This document shows, in pieces, positions 11,855 through 23,944 of a stretch of DNA of 64,000 nucleotides. Source of the stretch: Oculina patagonica (lineage: Eukaryota). The position numbers and the translations under genes are program-made. Positions within the stretch are counted from its first letter, which is position 1, and every line of letters starts with the position of its first letter. Under the pieces are notes generated by a model. It searched no databases and had not been told where the DNA came from. It saw nothing but the letters and a program-made list of their open reading frames with translations. The stretch covers positions 18,910,001 through 18,974,000 of the forward strand of contig NC_135768.1 of NCBI RefSeq assembly GCF_052425735.1. The letters are read 5' to 3'.

Positions 11855-12289
11855 ACAAAAGGTGTACTCCGCGAACCGTGCTTGAAGGCCCGCCCGACGT
11901 TAGTCGGCCTTCAAACCAGTCCCGCGAGAAAAAATTGATGGGGGAGGCAACGTCTTGGAAGGTTGTGCCGGGTAGCTGAGTGGTAGAGCAAGCAGCCCTA
12001 GGGAGCCCAGGGTCAGGGGTTGAATTGCTGGCTTGCTAGGATGGTGGGCATAGTGGAGTTTTTTGTGTCATTTTCACCAGACTTTGCCAGTCACAGCAAT
12101 GTCATTGTATTTTAATGATGATTGTCTTGTGTTTGGCAGCCAGCTGCAGGCATGTGGCAGCTTGGCTGTCACCCGGGTTGACTAAGCACTCCACCTAGCC
12201 TCCTGGTCTAGCCAGGGGACCTCAGGGGGAGGGAGGGTGGCTGTTGGTGAATTTCAAGCCTTTCTGTGAGCCGGCCGGGCACCTTTTGT
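11855..12289. mobile_element. GC-rich insertion with 10-bp inverted ends and an internal tRNA-like segment; class unresolved
   Basis: acaaaaggtg / caccttttgt ends; A-box tagctgagtgg at 11973-11983 and degenerate B-box at 12018-12026; not seen in the paralogous copy-B region. Confidence 0.5.
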
Positions 12290-12636
12290 TGAAACAAGGA
12301 AGATGTATCCTTACTAATATGTGGTATAAAATATGCCCCCCTCTCTAATAAGACCCAGTCTGTATTAAGCGCCACCCCCACCCCCTAAGAGTCTTGAAAA
12401 GAAATAAGCCCGCTACGGGGTAAATACGGCTTTCAGATACGGAGTTGATAAAAGTTCATCGAACCTTTGAACGCATCGTAAGGCCTAGGTAGACTTGTTA
12501 TCATCTGTGGTTGTACAAAAACATGATTTATCATTTTAATTGAGACAACAACATGGATTTATAATTCTACTCTATAAGAGAAAAAATCAACTTTAGTATT
12601 CTCTCGTCAATAAATTCTCCATAAAATGGTTCACAA

Positions 12637-12942
12637 GGAGGCTCACAACAGTTTCCAGCAATTCCCAGCTCTCATACTTTGATGCGTCAGTGCTACAAAA
12701 CATTTATCAGTTACTGCTACAAAAGTACCAAACAAATGCCCAATCATTGACAAACAAATTGTGGTAATTTTCTTGACGTCACTTGTAACCATAAAAATGG
12801 TATAACCAGTTAAAACACCCTTAATTTTAATTTTTAAAATCTTTATTTAAATTTTGAAAATTTAAGGTGGCTCAGTAACCGCTCCGGAGAATTTTTTTAA
12901 CCAGTTTGCAAAGTACTGTACTGAAAACTGTTTTGAGCCTCC
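12637..12942. mobile_element. MITE (GG...CC ends, TTAA on the right; Kolobok-like)
   Basis: TIR ggaggctcacaacagttt / aaactgttttgagcctcc. Confidence 0.65.
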
Positions 12943-13063
12943 TTAATATTCTATTATCAATAAACTCTCCATAATTACACCTCTACAAGCTTCATCTATT
13001 AAAATAAAAAAAGTCCTCAGTTAACATTATTCTTTTTATTGCATTCAACTTGAAGGTTTTTTT

Positions 13064-13978
13064 TTAGTTTCCTTCTGTTTGTTTACATAAGATCTGCCTT
13101 GCTGTCTTTACAACTGCCGTTCGAAGCTCGCGAAGACGCCAGCAATACAAAAATGGATTGAGGGACGAGTTCATGAATACTGCAGTGAGAACGAAGTACC
13201 CTTCTTTTTGCCAGACCTTATCCGAGATTCCATAGAGAGTCAATAGAACATAGAATGGAAAATAACATATAATTAAAGCTATGTAGAACACGAAAGTGTT
13301 CATTGCACTTCTTTTCAAACGCACCATGTCTAAGTTATTTTCAGCATTAGAACTTTGCACTGCCTGTTGTTGAGCGTGGATTTGTAACTGATGTCGACGA
13401 ACAATGAGATAAATTCTGATGTAAGAAAAGGTGGAAATTATGAGACAAGTGATAGTAACAAATGCAGCTATCGTGGGAAGAACAGGCTTATTCCAGAGCT
13501 GAGAGCTCGACAAACCGAAGCTGGACAACCAAATTGTTGCTAAAATACACTTAATACGGAATTCAGTCACTAAAGCAGCATATCTCATGTGATAGTGAAG
13601 AGCCAGAAATCGATCCACAGTGATGGTTGTTATTGTCAGAAGAGAAACTCCACATAAAGAAAACCCTATCGTGAATGCTGCATGGTGTACCAAACGGTCT
13701 GTCTTAGTAAGTTGAAGAGCAATATAAAGCGGTTGAGCTATTAGACCAACAAGGAAGTCCGAAACAGCGAGACTGCAAAGCATAATCATTGAAGTTGAGC
13801 GAATGGAAGGAGTTCTTATGATTGCGGCCAATACCAAAGCGTTGCCCAAAATGGATATGAGCATCAGTGGAGCATTAAGAACACAGTTTATGATGATAAT
13901 AGTTTCAGGAGTATAGTTTTCTTCATTTCCTGAATGATGGTCCGCCGATCCGTTCTTGTTTTTGTCGGTATTGTTCAT
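13064..13978 (-). CDS. Intronless rhodopsin-class GPCR (melanocortin/adenosine-receptor-like cnidarian family), copy B, intact, 304 aa
   Basis: Seven hydrophobic segments; GN, LAVSD, DRF, CYFP and NPFLY motifs; ATG at 13978 (14005 is TTG). Confidence 0.92.
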   Translation of the reverse strand: MNNTDKNKNGSADHHSGNEENYTPETIIIINCVLNAPLMLISILGNALVLAAIIRTPSIRSTSMIMLCSLAVSDFLVGLIAQPLYIALQLTKTDRLVHHAAFTIGFSLCGVSLLTITTITVDRFLALHYHMRYAALVTEFRIKCILATIWLSSFGLSSSQLWNKPVLPTIAAFVTITCLIISTFSYIRIYLIVRRHQLQIHAQQQAVQSSNAENNLDMVRLKRSAMNTFVFYIALIICYFPFYVLLTLYGISDKVWQKEGYFVLTAVFMNSSLNPFLYCWRLRELRTAVVKTARQILCKQTEGN

Positions 13979-15179
13979 GATCAAATATGAAAACTTACAC
14001 CTCAAAAACAGTCAAATTGTTTTCTTTTTGTGCCAGCGAAGAGCATGTAACAAAGCGATGAAACAGTGGCAGAGACACCAACAACACAGGAAACAGCACA
14101 GTTTAGTGCATTAACTAAAACATCCGGTGATTCTTAGTTAACTCCTTATTCTGACGTTTTTTGTGATATGTGATTCATTACCTATTCATTTTTCCGAAAA
14201 AGCGACACCACTTTGTGGCAAGATTGGCATGTAATTAGAATTGGTCTAAACATAACTGGGAGAGCGTTTGATTAAACTTCTGGTAATTTATTGAACCTTT
14301 TTTAGATCCAAATTGCCTTTATATATTATTGAATAATGATACAGCCATTCAAATAACATCTATGAGTCATGGATGCTCAGAGAGTGCAAAAAAAACAGCT
14401 GCAAACATGTTAAAATTAAAGCACGAAGGGCGGTGGAAAAAACGCTAGCTGACAGAAATATAAAGTATCTCTGTATATGTGGTTTAGTGTCTGTCTCATT
14501 CGTGAGTCGATTTAAAGACTGAAATCTTTTTAAAAGTCTTTAACTTAAAAGTTTCCCTTGTGCAAATAATATTAGCATAAACTTCAATTTTACTATGCCA
14601 TTTTAAAAGTTTACAGGTGGTTTTTCTGTTTTGTTTTGTCTTTCTACCGGAGGTTGACACGAATTCAGAAAATTACTAGCGTAAAAGCTATATGAAACCT
14701 CCCTCTGAAAGTTTAATTTTGTAAGCCCCCTTCCTCTTCCCTAAATGGTAGATCATGACAATTTATGAACAGGAACAAGGCAACTTTACGCTTTAAAAGT
14801 TATTCATGAACCACATTTACTTGATGTTGTTGAAACTCATTTTCACAATTGTTTGTGAAAATGATCGTGTTACCAAACAACGCTAACACAGCAAGAAGAC
14901 CACTTCAATTCTTTTGTAAGTACCCTTGTAGATAAATGGTTCAAAAAAGCCCCCCTCTCTTAGAAGCCCCCCCCCCCCTTAGGGTCTTGAAACAAATACG
15001 CCCGCCAGGTGATAAATACAGCTTTTAAAAAACCTTTGAACGCATCATAAGATCTAGTTAGACTTGTTATCTTCTGTAATTGTACAAGAACACGAATTAT
15101 CATTTTAACTGAGTCTTGAATTTACAATCCTACTTTGAGCGAAAAATACAATATGAACATGGAACGCAGTTCGCCATTA

Positions 15180-15408
15180 GGGACGGACCATTATTTTTTT
15201 GGAGGGGGGGCGGGGATGAAAAATATTGAAAAAAATTGTTTGCAGGGCCTGGAAAGACAAAAAAAAGTTGTTTGCAAACTTGATATGTATAACAAAAAAT
15301 AGCAAGAATTTCGAAAAAAATGTTTGCAGAGGTGCATAAACTAAAAAAAAAAGGTTGCAGAGGAAAATTTTTCATCCCCCCCCCTCCAAGAAAATAATGG
15401 TCCGTCCC
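15180..15408. mobile_element. PIF/Harbinger-like MITE
   Basis: TIR gggacggaccattatttt / aaaataatggtccgtccc with TTA TSD on both sides. Confidence 0.85.
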
Positions 15409-16399
15409 TTAACCATTGTTTGAGAGATTTTCCTCTAATGGAAAATAACAAAAGGGACAGTGTCACGAAAAATCCTCTTAGTGTTCGCGTAAATATTCTG
15501 GAATTAAGAGGATGCACTCACTGCTAAGCAAAATTATCTTTGCACAACAAAAGAAAGGCATAAAATCATTCTCCAAGATGTGAATAAACGGGGGGGCCCC
15601 GCAATCAATGGTTTTTAATTAAGAAGTTTTCCCGCAAGTAAAACTGTCAATCTTCTTTCCTACCAGTCTGTACCGAAACCACGTTTTAACAATTTTCAGG
15701 ACTTGTAAAGAAAGTTTTAGCAAGATCAGGCCACTATGAGTGGATTTACAATTCATAGCAACACCTTCATTGGATTTTCAAATTGCACTAAATCTTGGTG
15801 ATAGTGCCCCTTTAAATCTCCAGTTGATCGATAATCTACATCTTATTAATTATAGGGTGTCCATGACATTTAAACACAATTACATTATTGTATAGCCTTT
15901 TTCGCATTTGCATAACAGTAGAAGCGAGGCATTACGAGCACAAGTTGCAAAACTTTATAAACTTCTTATGTTTATTAAACTGTTTACGTATGAAAACAGC
16001 TTTAACTATTTTTTAGTAGACGTTTATAGAAAACAAATTGTAGAACGAGTCTTGTTGATCCGTAATAGACATAAAATGATTGTTTTTAAAGGAGTACGCC
16101 ACGACGAAGACGACAAATGAAGGTTGCCTTGGGTGAAATATTCGTCGCCAAACTTGCAAACGAACACGAAACGCTCTCTTCAGCTTCTTGTTAATTTTCG
16201 GTTTATTACAGGGTTCTTTGGTGTTTTTTTACCTTAGAAAACAATTCAGTATCCGTTCAAATTGAAAGTTATTTTTGAACATCATACGGAAAACATACTA
16301 AAACAGTTTTATAAATAAGTTCCTATCCGTTTTAAAATTGTTTGTGTGCCTACGTAGTCCGAGAGCTAAAGAAAATCAAGATGTCTTGCAACTTCCCAG

Positions 16400-16590
16400 G
16401 GCCCGGTTGCATAAAAATACTTAAAATTACGGGCGATTTTCTGCAACAGCTCTCCGCCTTCCGGTGAATATTTTCAAAGCGTTTTGGTTTTTCCAGTGCT
16501 CTTTAGTACAGTTTCTCCAAACCCCTCAGAACACAGGGAATAGCTGCAGAAAATCTCACGTAATCTTAAGTATTTTTATGCAACCGGGCC
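16400..16590. mobile_element. MITE with 3-bp CAG TSD (Harbinger-like)
   Basis: TIR ggcccggttgcataaaaatactta / taagtatttttatgcaaccgggcc. Confidence 0.85.
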
Positions 16591-17098
16591 CAGGGCCCTA
16601 GAGCCCGGAGCTCAAGGGGACGGGGAGGAGTGGACCCTAGGAACGAGGTTAAACGAAATTTTCCTTAAAAGCCCTGGGATCGAGTTTAACACTGTAAAAA
16701 GAGCGTTTTCATATGACGTCACGGCAGCCATATTGGTGTTCTAAAACAAAAGAAAGGCGGCCATATTGGTGTACCAAGCCAAACCTCTGTAAAAAAGTCT
16801 TTTGTTTTAGAAAATCAGACCTCCAGACATTTTTCATGAAATCTGTCACTCATCTATTTACCCTTTTTTCTAAATTTCTCCGTACAATATCAATATATTA
16901 GTGAGCATTTCTTGACGTACTTTGCAAAACAAAAACCTAGAGCGGTGAAATTCTGCCTCGATTTCATTTTTGATTCTTTTTGGAATTGAACGATGCCTTT
17001 TCATTTGTATGGATCTTAAGATAATTGCGAAATTCTCAAGCAAAATTTGACAAAATATAATTCTAGCTACCCCCAATGTTGTTCGCCGTCGCCATTTC

Positions 17099-17367
17099 GG
17101 CCGGGTTGTTCAAAGCACGATTAAGCTAATCCAGGATTAGAGTAAATTTTGATTTCAGTTTTTTTTTTAATATTTAGTAAGTCTTTTTGCATGTGTTTTC
17201 TCATGGTCCTTCATGGCCAGTTTTGACGTCGACTAGCCCCAAACTCCACCAAACATAAGCATGGGCTCCTGACATAAGCAATAAAACACTTTTTTACAAG
17301 AGAAATTGAACCCTCGATCAGCTTTTCTTCCTGGGTTAGTGTTAATCGGCTTTTAAACAACCCGACC
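17099..17367. mobile_element. Degenerate MITE (GGCCGGGTTGTT family)
   Basis: ggccgggttgttcaaagc.cgattaa / ttaatcggcttttaaacaacccgacc inverted ends. Confidence 0.6.
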
Positions 17368-18110
17368 TAGATGTCTAATTGTAAAGTTGACTGACAGGGT
17401 CTGACAGGCGACAAGCCGCAACGTCGTTCCCAGGGTCTTCTTTGGTGTTAGAAGGTCCGAGCTGACAAGAACCTGGAAATGAGGATGTATTGCCCGCCAC
17501 CTTCCGGGAATCTTAATCTTTTCCACTTCCTTCTTTAAGCTTGGTGTCAATTGGATTTGATTGACATGTCTCATGGCATATACTTCCTCAAAAACATTGT
17601 TAAGCCAGCACGTCATGGAAATACGTGTTGAATTCTCCGTGCAAGGGGAAATGCTTGAGATTATTACGATCGGAAATCTTTCGCGGACATTGTGGCTAAT
17701 TTGGGGAGCTTGAATTCAGTTCGGCGATTCTGAATGCCACTTTATATAGTTTGTGGTCACTTCTCGGCTATACCGTGTTCCCCAGCAGAACATATTATTA
17801 CGCGCATTACGAATCTCTCTGGATTTGGCGTCGAAAACTTTCAAAGAAGGTAAACATTCGTTAGTTGACGTGATGTTGCTTGGTAGTTGTGCGGGGGAGA
17901 AGGGGGAGGGGGGGGGGGGGTTGAAGAGGAAAGCCTGAGTTTCTCCCATAGTGTAAGAGTCTTGAGTGGGATCTTTTCTAGTCTTGCGTGGGAATACGCA
18001 GAACTTTTGGAACTATTACCCCTTCAGAGCTGGGCCTTTTAAATTTTACCCCGAGATCCCTTAGCCCTAGGCGCCTGTGTAGTTTTTTTTTAACGCGTTT
18101 CGCGTTTCCC

Positions 18111-18190
18111 TAGCCTGAATTTCAGACATCCCTCTGTGCTCGCCTGCTTGCAAGCAGGCGAGCACAGAGGGATGTCTGAAATTCAGGCTA
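18111..18190. mobile_element. Perfect 80-bp palindromic MITE TAG...CTA with 9-bp TSD, nested in an older TIR element (about 18062-18241)
   Basis: Exact palindrome; TSD gcgtttccc (18102-18110, 18191-18199); outer inverted aggcgcctgtgtagtt / aactacacaggcgcct. Confidence 0.9.
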
Positions 18191-21100
18191 GCGTTTCCCA
18201 TGGGCGCATTAGAACTACACAGGCGCCTGCTACGCAGGCTACCTTATCCCATTCCACAACTAATGTCATTGGGGGGATTTGTTAAAACGCTATCAAATGT
18301 CAAATGGTCGGATTTTTTTACGAAGTCACTGAGATTTTTTTTGTTCTTTTCTTTTTTCTTCCTGGGTTTTCTCCTTTACGTTTCATTGAAGGGCCAACAA
18401 AACAGCTCAAAAGCGACCTATATGCCCTAGTTCAAATTGGAGAGCACCCCCCGGTTTTGAGGGCAGGTCATGAAATCATGTTGTGTTTTTCTCGTTTTTA
18501 ACCTCATAAATATTTTGCTTTCCAGCGAGCTTGCTGTTTTCGCTGCACACAAACAATCTATTTAAAATGTTTGAGGTCATGTTTAAATTGTTCGATAAAT
18601 ATTGAACGGCGTTTCGCTGCTGTTTGTATTATGGCGCTAAACCACTGTTTTATGCTGGCAGTTTTTGCATAAATTGTTGATTCTGTGGATTTCTTGTAGC
18701 TTCATCGAAGTGTTTAAAATATACGGTCGTTGAAATCAAGTCTAAACTGCGATTTCTCTTCATGTATCTTGGCACGAATTCTATTGATAGCTATAAACAA
18801 ATTCACGCACATGTATTAATCATGTCTGGAAAGGCTTGAAAACGTCAAATAAATTCTGTCAGATAAAGTGCTTCGTCAATGCGTTAGCGTGTCATTTGAT
18901 CCCCCCAAACGCTCCGCTAATTTGTATTGTGTATGCATGGAATTATCGGCCGCGCTTTACAGTTTGATGTATTGTGACAGAAATCCGGATAAAATTCTTT
19001 TCGTATCCACGTCGAGTGTTGTGTTGTAAACGCTACGAGAACTTGGGCACAAGAAAAACGTAAGTACCTCTTTTAACGCTGCGTTCAGTTCAGCTTTTGT
19101 TCTAGATGTTACAAAGGCGCGTTCTGTGCGAAAAACCTTTATACAGCGACAAGTGTGCTTTTCGAGAGTCTGCTCTCTGAATTTGCCATACGCAAACTTT
19201 TCTGTATCCGGCTGTTTAAAATCGGGTTGTGCTTTTGCTCTCGTATTCTGAATCTATCCGTAAATTTAGGGGAATGTAAAAGCGTTTTCTGTAGGAGAAT
19301 AGTGGGATCTCTTTTCTATGTTTGGTGCATTGGTGCTACAGCCTTTGCGCCAACAGACAATGACAAGATATCTTACATGAATGTCTCCGTAACACTAAAC
19401 GTGTATAGCCGTTGAAATGTTACTACACAGAAAATTGCAACTAATTTCTGCCCAATGTTACTTCCAAGAGTTATATTAAGGATAACGCTTTAATACCAGT
19501 GAAATTTAAAGGTCTGTTTTGAAGCGTAGCTCAAAAAGCGAGCATAAGTTACGCTTGTGTGGTGGCGGTAATTTCTATGAGAAGCATGCACTTAGCAAGA
19601 ATGTTTATGACAGGTTGTCACAGTCGCACAGTCTAGCTTTGACAAATACGCTTTTACTGCTGTAATTTTCGCCACAGAGCGCAAAGTTGTAATTTTTCGC
19701 GTCAAGGTTTGTGTTATTTTTGTTAAATACGCTACAGAGGTGAATTGATGGCAGAAAAACTTGTAAAGAAAATAACTCTCTGACACGTCGCCTCTGTCTG
19801 TACGTCCGGTTCTCAGCTTAACTCATCTGTTCTTCGTGTTTGCCATACGTGGAATATTTATCGTGTTTTTCGGCGCTATCCTGTTTCAAACAGACGCTTT
19901 TATTAGCCTACTCATCACGCAATGTTTTGAATCGATTTGAACGTTAGATTATTGAAAGTAGATACAACTTCACATGCAAAAGATCTCGAGTTTTTAACGC
20001 AGGAAAATTATTTTGAATAAATTCAATTTGGCTTCCTTTACTGACTCAATTTCAAGCAAACTACACGAAGTGTTTTTTGACACGTCCGCATTGCACTCTA
20101 CAACAAGATTTTTCTGATTAACGGTACATTACGTTGTGTTATGCTTAGACATGTTCCGCATTTCTATTTTTATGTTCAACGAATTCAAGGAATTTTTTAA
20201 AAAGTACCCTGCAGTTCAATAGATCTTCGCTGTTCTTGTGGCGGAGGTTGATAATTGTTGGTTAATGACCGCGCAGGCCGTAAATATTATCATAGAAGGC
20301 ATGTAGCTTGTTTCAGACGTTTGATCGGTCTGTTGAAAACAATAACATAAGGAGCAGCTAGGTATAGGAGAAGTAGGGGCTCACCCCATACCCCTCGCCT
20401 CGCCGTTATTTGCGCAAAGCCCTCGTTGTAACCTTGGAACAGGCTGAAAAAGAATATGGAGATTTATTATCGTTTGTTTACGCTGATTAGACTTTGAGAA
20501 TAAATGTTTGCATTAGTTATCAACCTCGACAAATAACTTATTTTGCCTCGGTTCGAAAATTCCTCAGTTGCTGATATGATGCTTTCGTCAACTCAACACC
20601 TTTGACTAAGAGTAAAATAATTGATCGTAAATCTATCAACATTGCTGGGACTTGTTTCGACATGCTGTTGCCAAACGAACGCCACATGTTAAACTGTTTC
20701 ACTGGGATTTTTAGACGTCGAAAGATGTGCAAAAATTTGACTCGATTCATACTATCGTCCGCCATGTTTGATATCCTTTCAACATATCCCAATATGTTCC
20801 AACAGGGTGGTAAATGCTGGTATTAAATGTTGGATCAAAATATGTGAATCTTTTGACTAGGGCTTAGGCTGACATTTTGTAATGAGAAATTGAGTGAAAC
20901 TATTTGCATTGATTGAAACTCTAGAATATGTATACAATAGCTTATTTTGTTTTAGATGTAAAATGTATTTTAGATTAGACAGAAGGTAGAGCAGCATCAA
21001 GCAGCATAAATGTAACAACTTCTAAGTTGAACAATTTTCCAGCTTCCTGAACCTTTCCTGCACTTTTCAGCCTTGGCCTTAGTTTAGGAATCAATGTCAT

Positions 21101-23944
21101 TCACTTTAATAAACGAAATTTCAGCGTTTATTTTTCTACATAAAAAATCTAAATCTGAATTTGTAAGCTTCTACGATAAGCCAAAGCGAACGAAGGGATT
21201 TTGATACAAGAATTGAATTCTGAAAATTTCATTCCTATTTTTACTTGCTTGAAAACTTAGCTTTTTTCTTTTTTTTGTCTAAGAAGAAATTGAACCAGAA
21301 GTGTCTTTTTCAAAAAAAATGAAATTTCATTTTCCATTCCCCTAAAAAATAAATGACACCAACAGGAATTCATAGGGAATTCATAGAATTCAATCAGAAA
21401 GTCAAGGCTTAATTTGATAGAGGTGAACACTGAGAGTTATCCAACGGGAAGCTCATACACTATAAAGCAACACCTCCATTGCTCTGTAAGATTCGCGTAC
21501 AGTATTCCAGATTCGGGAACGAAAATTTTTTTAAAAACAATATGATGTTATTATCAAATTTATTCCTGCGTGAGTTGAAAGGGGAAGCAATGGTGACTAT
21601 CGCAAGTCACATCTGTCAAATCACAACAAACTAAAGCAAATCAGTGAATGAAATCAAAACACTATGCTTAAAGTCTTGGCAACGGGTGACAAGCGCGGGA
21701 AAACGCATAAGCCAAGGGTCCGCGATTGGTGCTTCTTTTGACGTCAGAAGGATGTCCTGCCAAACGCATTTAAAGGCAAAATTTCAAGACTTTAAAGATG
21801 CTATTACAAAGCTTCAGTATTGCAACGAACGTATAGAATAAAAAAAAAAAAACGAGTGACTACAAAGTTATCCCAAGCCTCCGTGCTATTAAAACAGTGC
21901 GTGTTTTTGCAAACGATGTCTCTTTTTCTTCTTTTATTTAATCAGCCGTTGTATCTTTAATTCAAAGCAGTCTTTATACATAAAACTGCACGAACATTAC
22001 AAATACTTCTATAAATAAAGTGTTAAAAGAAAGGCTTTGTAAAGTGGCTGATGCAGATTTTAGACTTTTAATAACGACGGATTTAAACACTGAATGGCGT
22101 ACTACTTTTTGTGTGGCCATGATCCGGGATATTCCCCCTTTCAGTCGTGTGCTCGAGATATTAATTCTCCTAACTAATTCCCACACATTTCTTTTAATGT
22201 TAGCTCTGAGAATTCAGTGGCACATCAAGACAATAATCTTTGTTGAGAATTTAAGGATTAATTTAAAAGCGATTTCAGCGAAATTGCCGGTTTCCTGTGA
22301 ATCCTCTTTTTTTCAAAAATTAGCTTAGTCACGGGTGGCGTAGCTTTAAAATTTAGGAAATGTTTTTTTCCAAAATCCGTTTCAAACTTCCTCAATTTTA
22401 ACCATCCTTGTTCCCCTTTGATTTATTTTTAACTCTTTGGCGTATTCAACCTTAGTAAATTAATATTTTGACGTTTTCTTGGAGTTAAAGGTCGTTAAAA
22501 GTTCGTTTGCTCATGACAATTATTGATTCGGCAAAGATAAACAGGAAATATATACTGAGTAAAATCGCTTTAGTTAGTCTAATGTTCAGACAAAAAGCAA
22601 ACAGCACACTGTGGAAGCAAGGTAAAGCATTTATTTTCAATAATCTTTTATATTTCTTGTTCCTGTGGTATGCTTAATAAAATGTAAGTCGTTAACCATT
22701 TCACTCCCAAGAACGCTTAGTAAGAAAATCTCAGAACCGTTTTGCAAAATATTCGCACATGATTGCTCAGTAGCTTTCGCATGAATAGTCAGTCACACAT
22801 AGAATTAAAAGTTAAAACCCCATGGACTTTAGGTTAGTTTAGACTTTGGGATGTTGGTCCGAACCAGAGACGTTAAAAATAAGAAGCAGAAACTCTTCGT
22901 AAATGATAACATCTTTGATCAGTGAGGTCGGTTGATCGATCTCTAGCCTTTTGTCCTGAATGGGATGACATTGGTGGAATGGATATGCTAGGTTTTGAGT
23001 TGCAACTGAAAAACTAGAACCGTGAAGATTGATGATTATACACGCTGTAAAACTCGCGTTGACTACTTTAGAGCTCTGCTTCATAATTTTAAAATAAGGC
23101 CTTATGCACATCGTATAGCCACGCTACGATAGCGTGTCTTTGCTCCACTCAATACACGATATATAACAACAATCGGTCTTAGACATAAGTTTTGCGTAAA
23201 GAACGAACCTGGATTTAAAAATGTCCAACTGGTAACGAATACATGCCAATTTATTCGGCTATAATAATAGCGTCATCCAAATAAGAGCTCCCGTGGTTTG
23301 TTTTAGACATCTGACTAGACACAAAGGCAATACTTACGTAGTTATTAGGGAGCTGGTGAATCCGGAAAACAGTCGGACACCTAGTGTATCTTGATGATAA
23401 CACCGGATGTTCGTTATCTACGAGTTGCCCGGATAATGAACGAACCAAATCATAGAGAGTGGCCTGAAGGGGTGAAATGGGCGCTGGGATTTGCACATTT
23501 TTTCACTGGGAAAATAGGATTTGGGTCACTGTGACTGGGGATCACAAACAAAAAAAATTGGAATGGGACTGGGATTTGGGCAAAGCAAAGGCTGGGAAAT
23601 AGGATTTAACCCTCCCCCCTTTCGGGACCCTCAATAGACGACGACCAAACGAACGAATGATAGACGAACTGCAGGTTTGATCCTCCGGTGTGGGGTCACT
23701 GTATGCCAAATACCCATCCGTAAACTCAGTTTGGAAAACCCGTTGTATGTTACAGACTCCCAAAACCCCCGTCCGACCCTTCATGCGCAGTTACACTGTA
23801 TCAATAGTCAAAAGTGTCAAATACTGTAAACTGAAGTGCCGGGGAAAGGTTACGAAATGCTTCAACCGTGTCTTGTCTTCTGAATGGGCGAACAATTTGC
23901 GATAGTTGACTTTCCTTTCTCTTCGCAGCTGATTGCAATTCACA

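Noticed and set aside
11967-12035. Functional tRNA genes here and at the SINE heads (about 10560-10615, 24470, 55630, 58535, 62190)
   Set aside because: B boxes or stems are broken and each runs into a repeat body; no full cloverleaf.
18980-19066. Non-coding first exon of the 23945 GPCR (donor gtaagt at about 19060)
   Set aside because: Plausible, but supported only by one donor motif.
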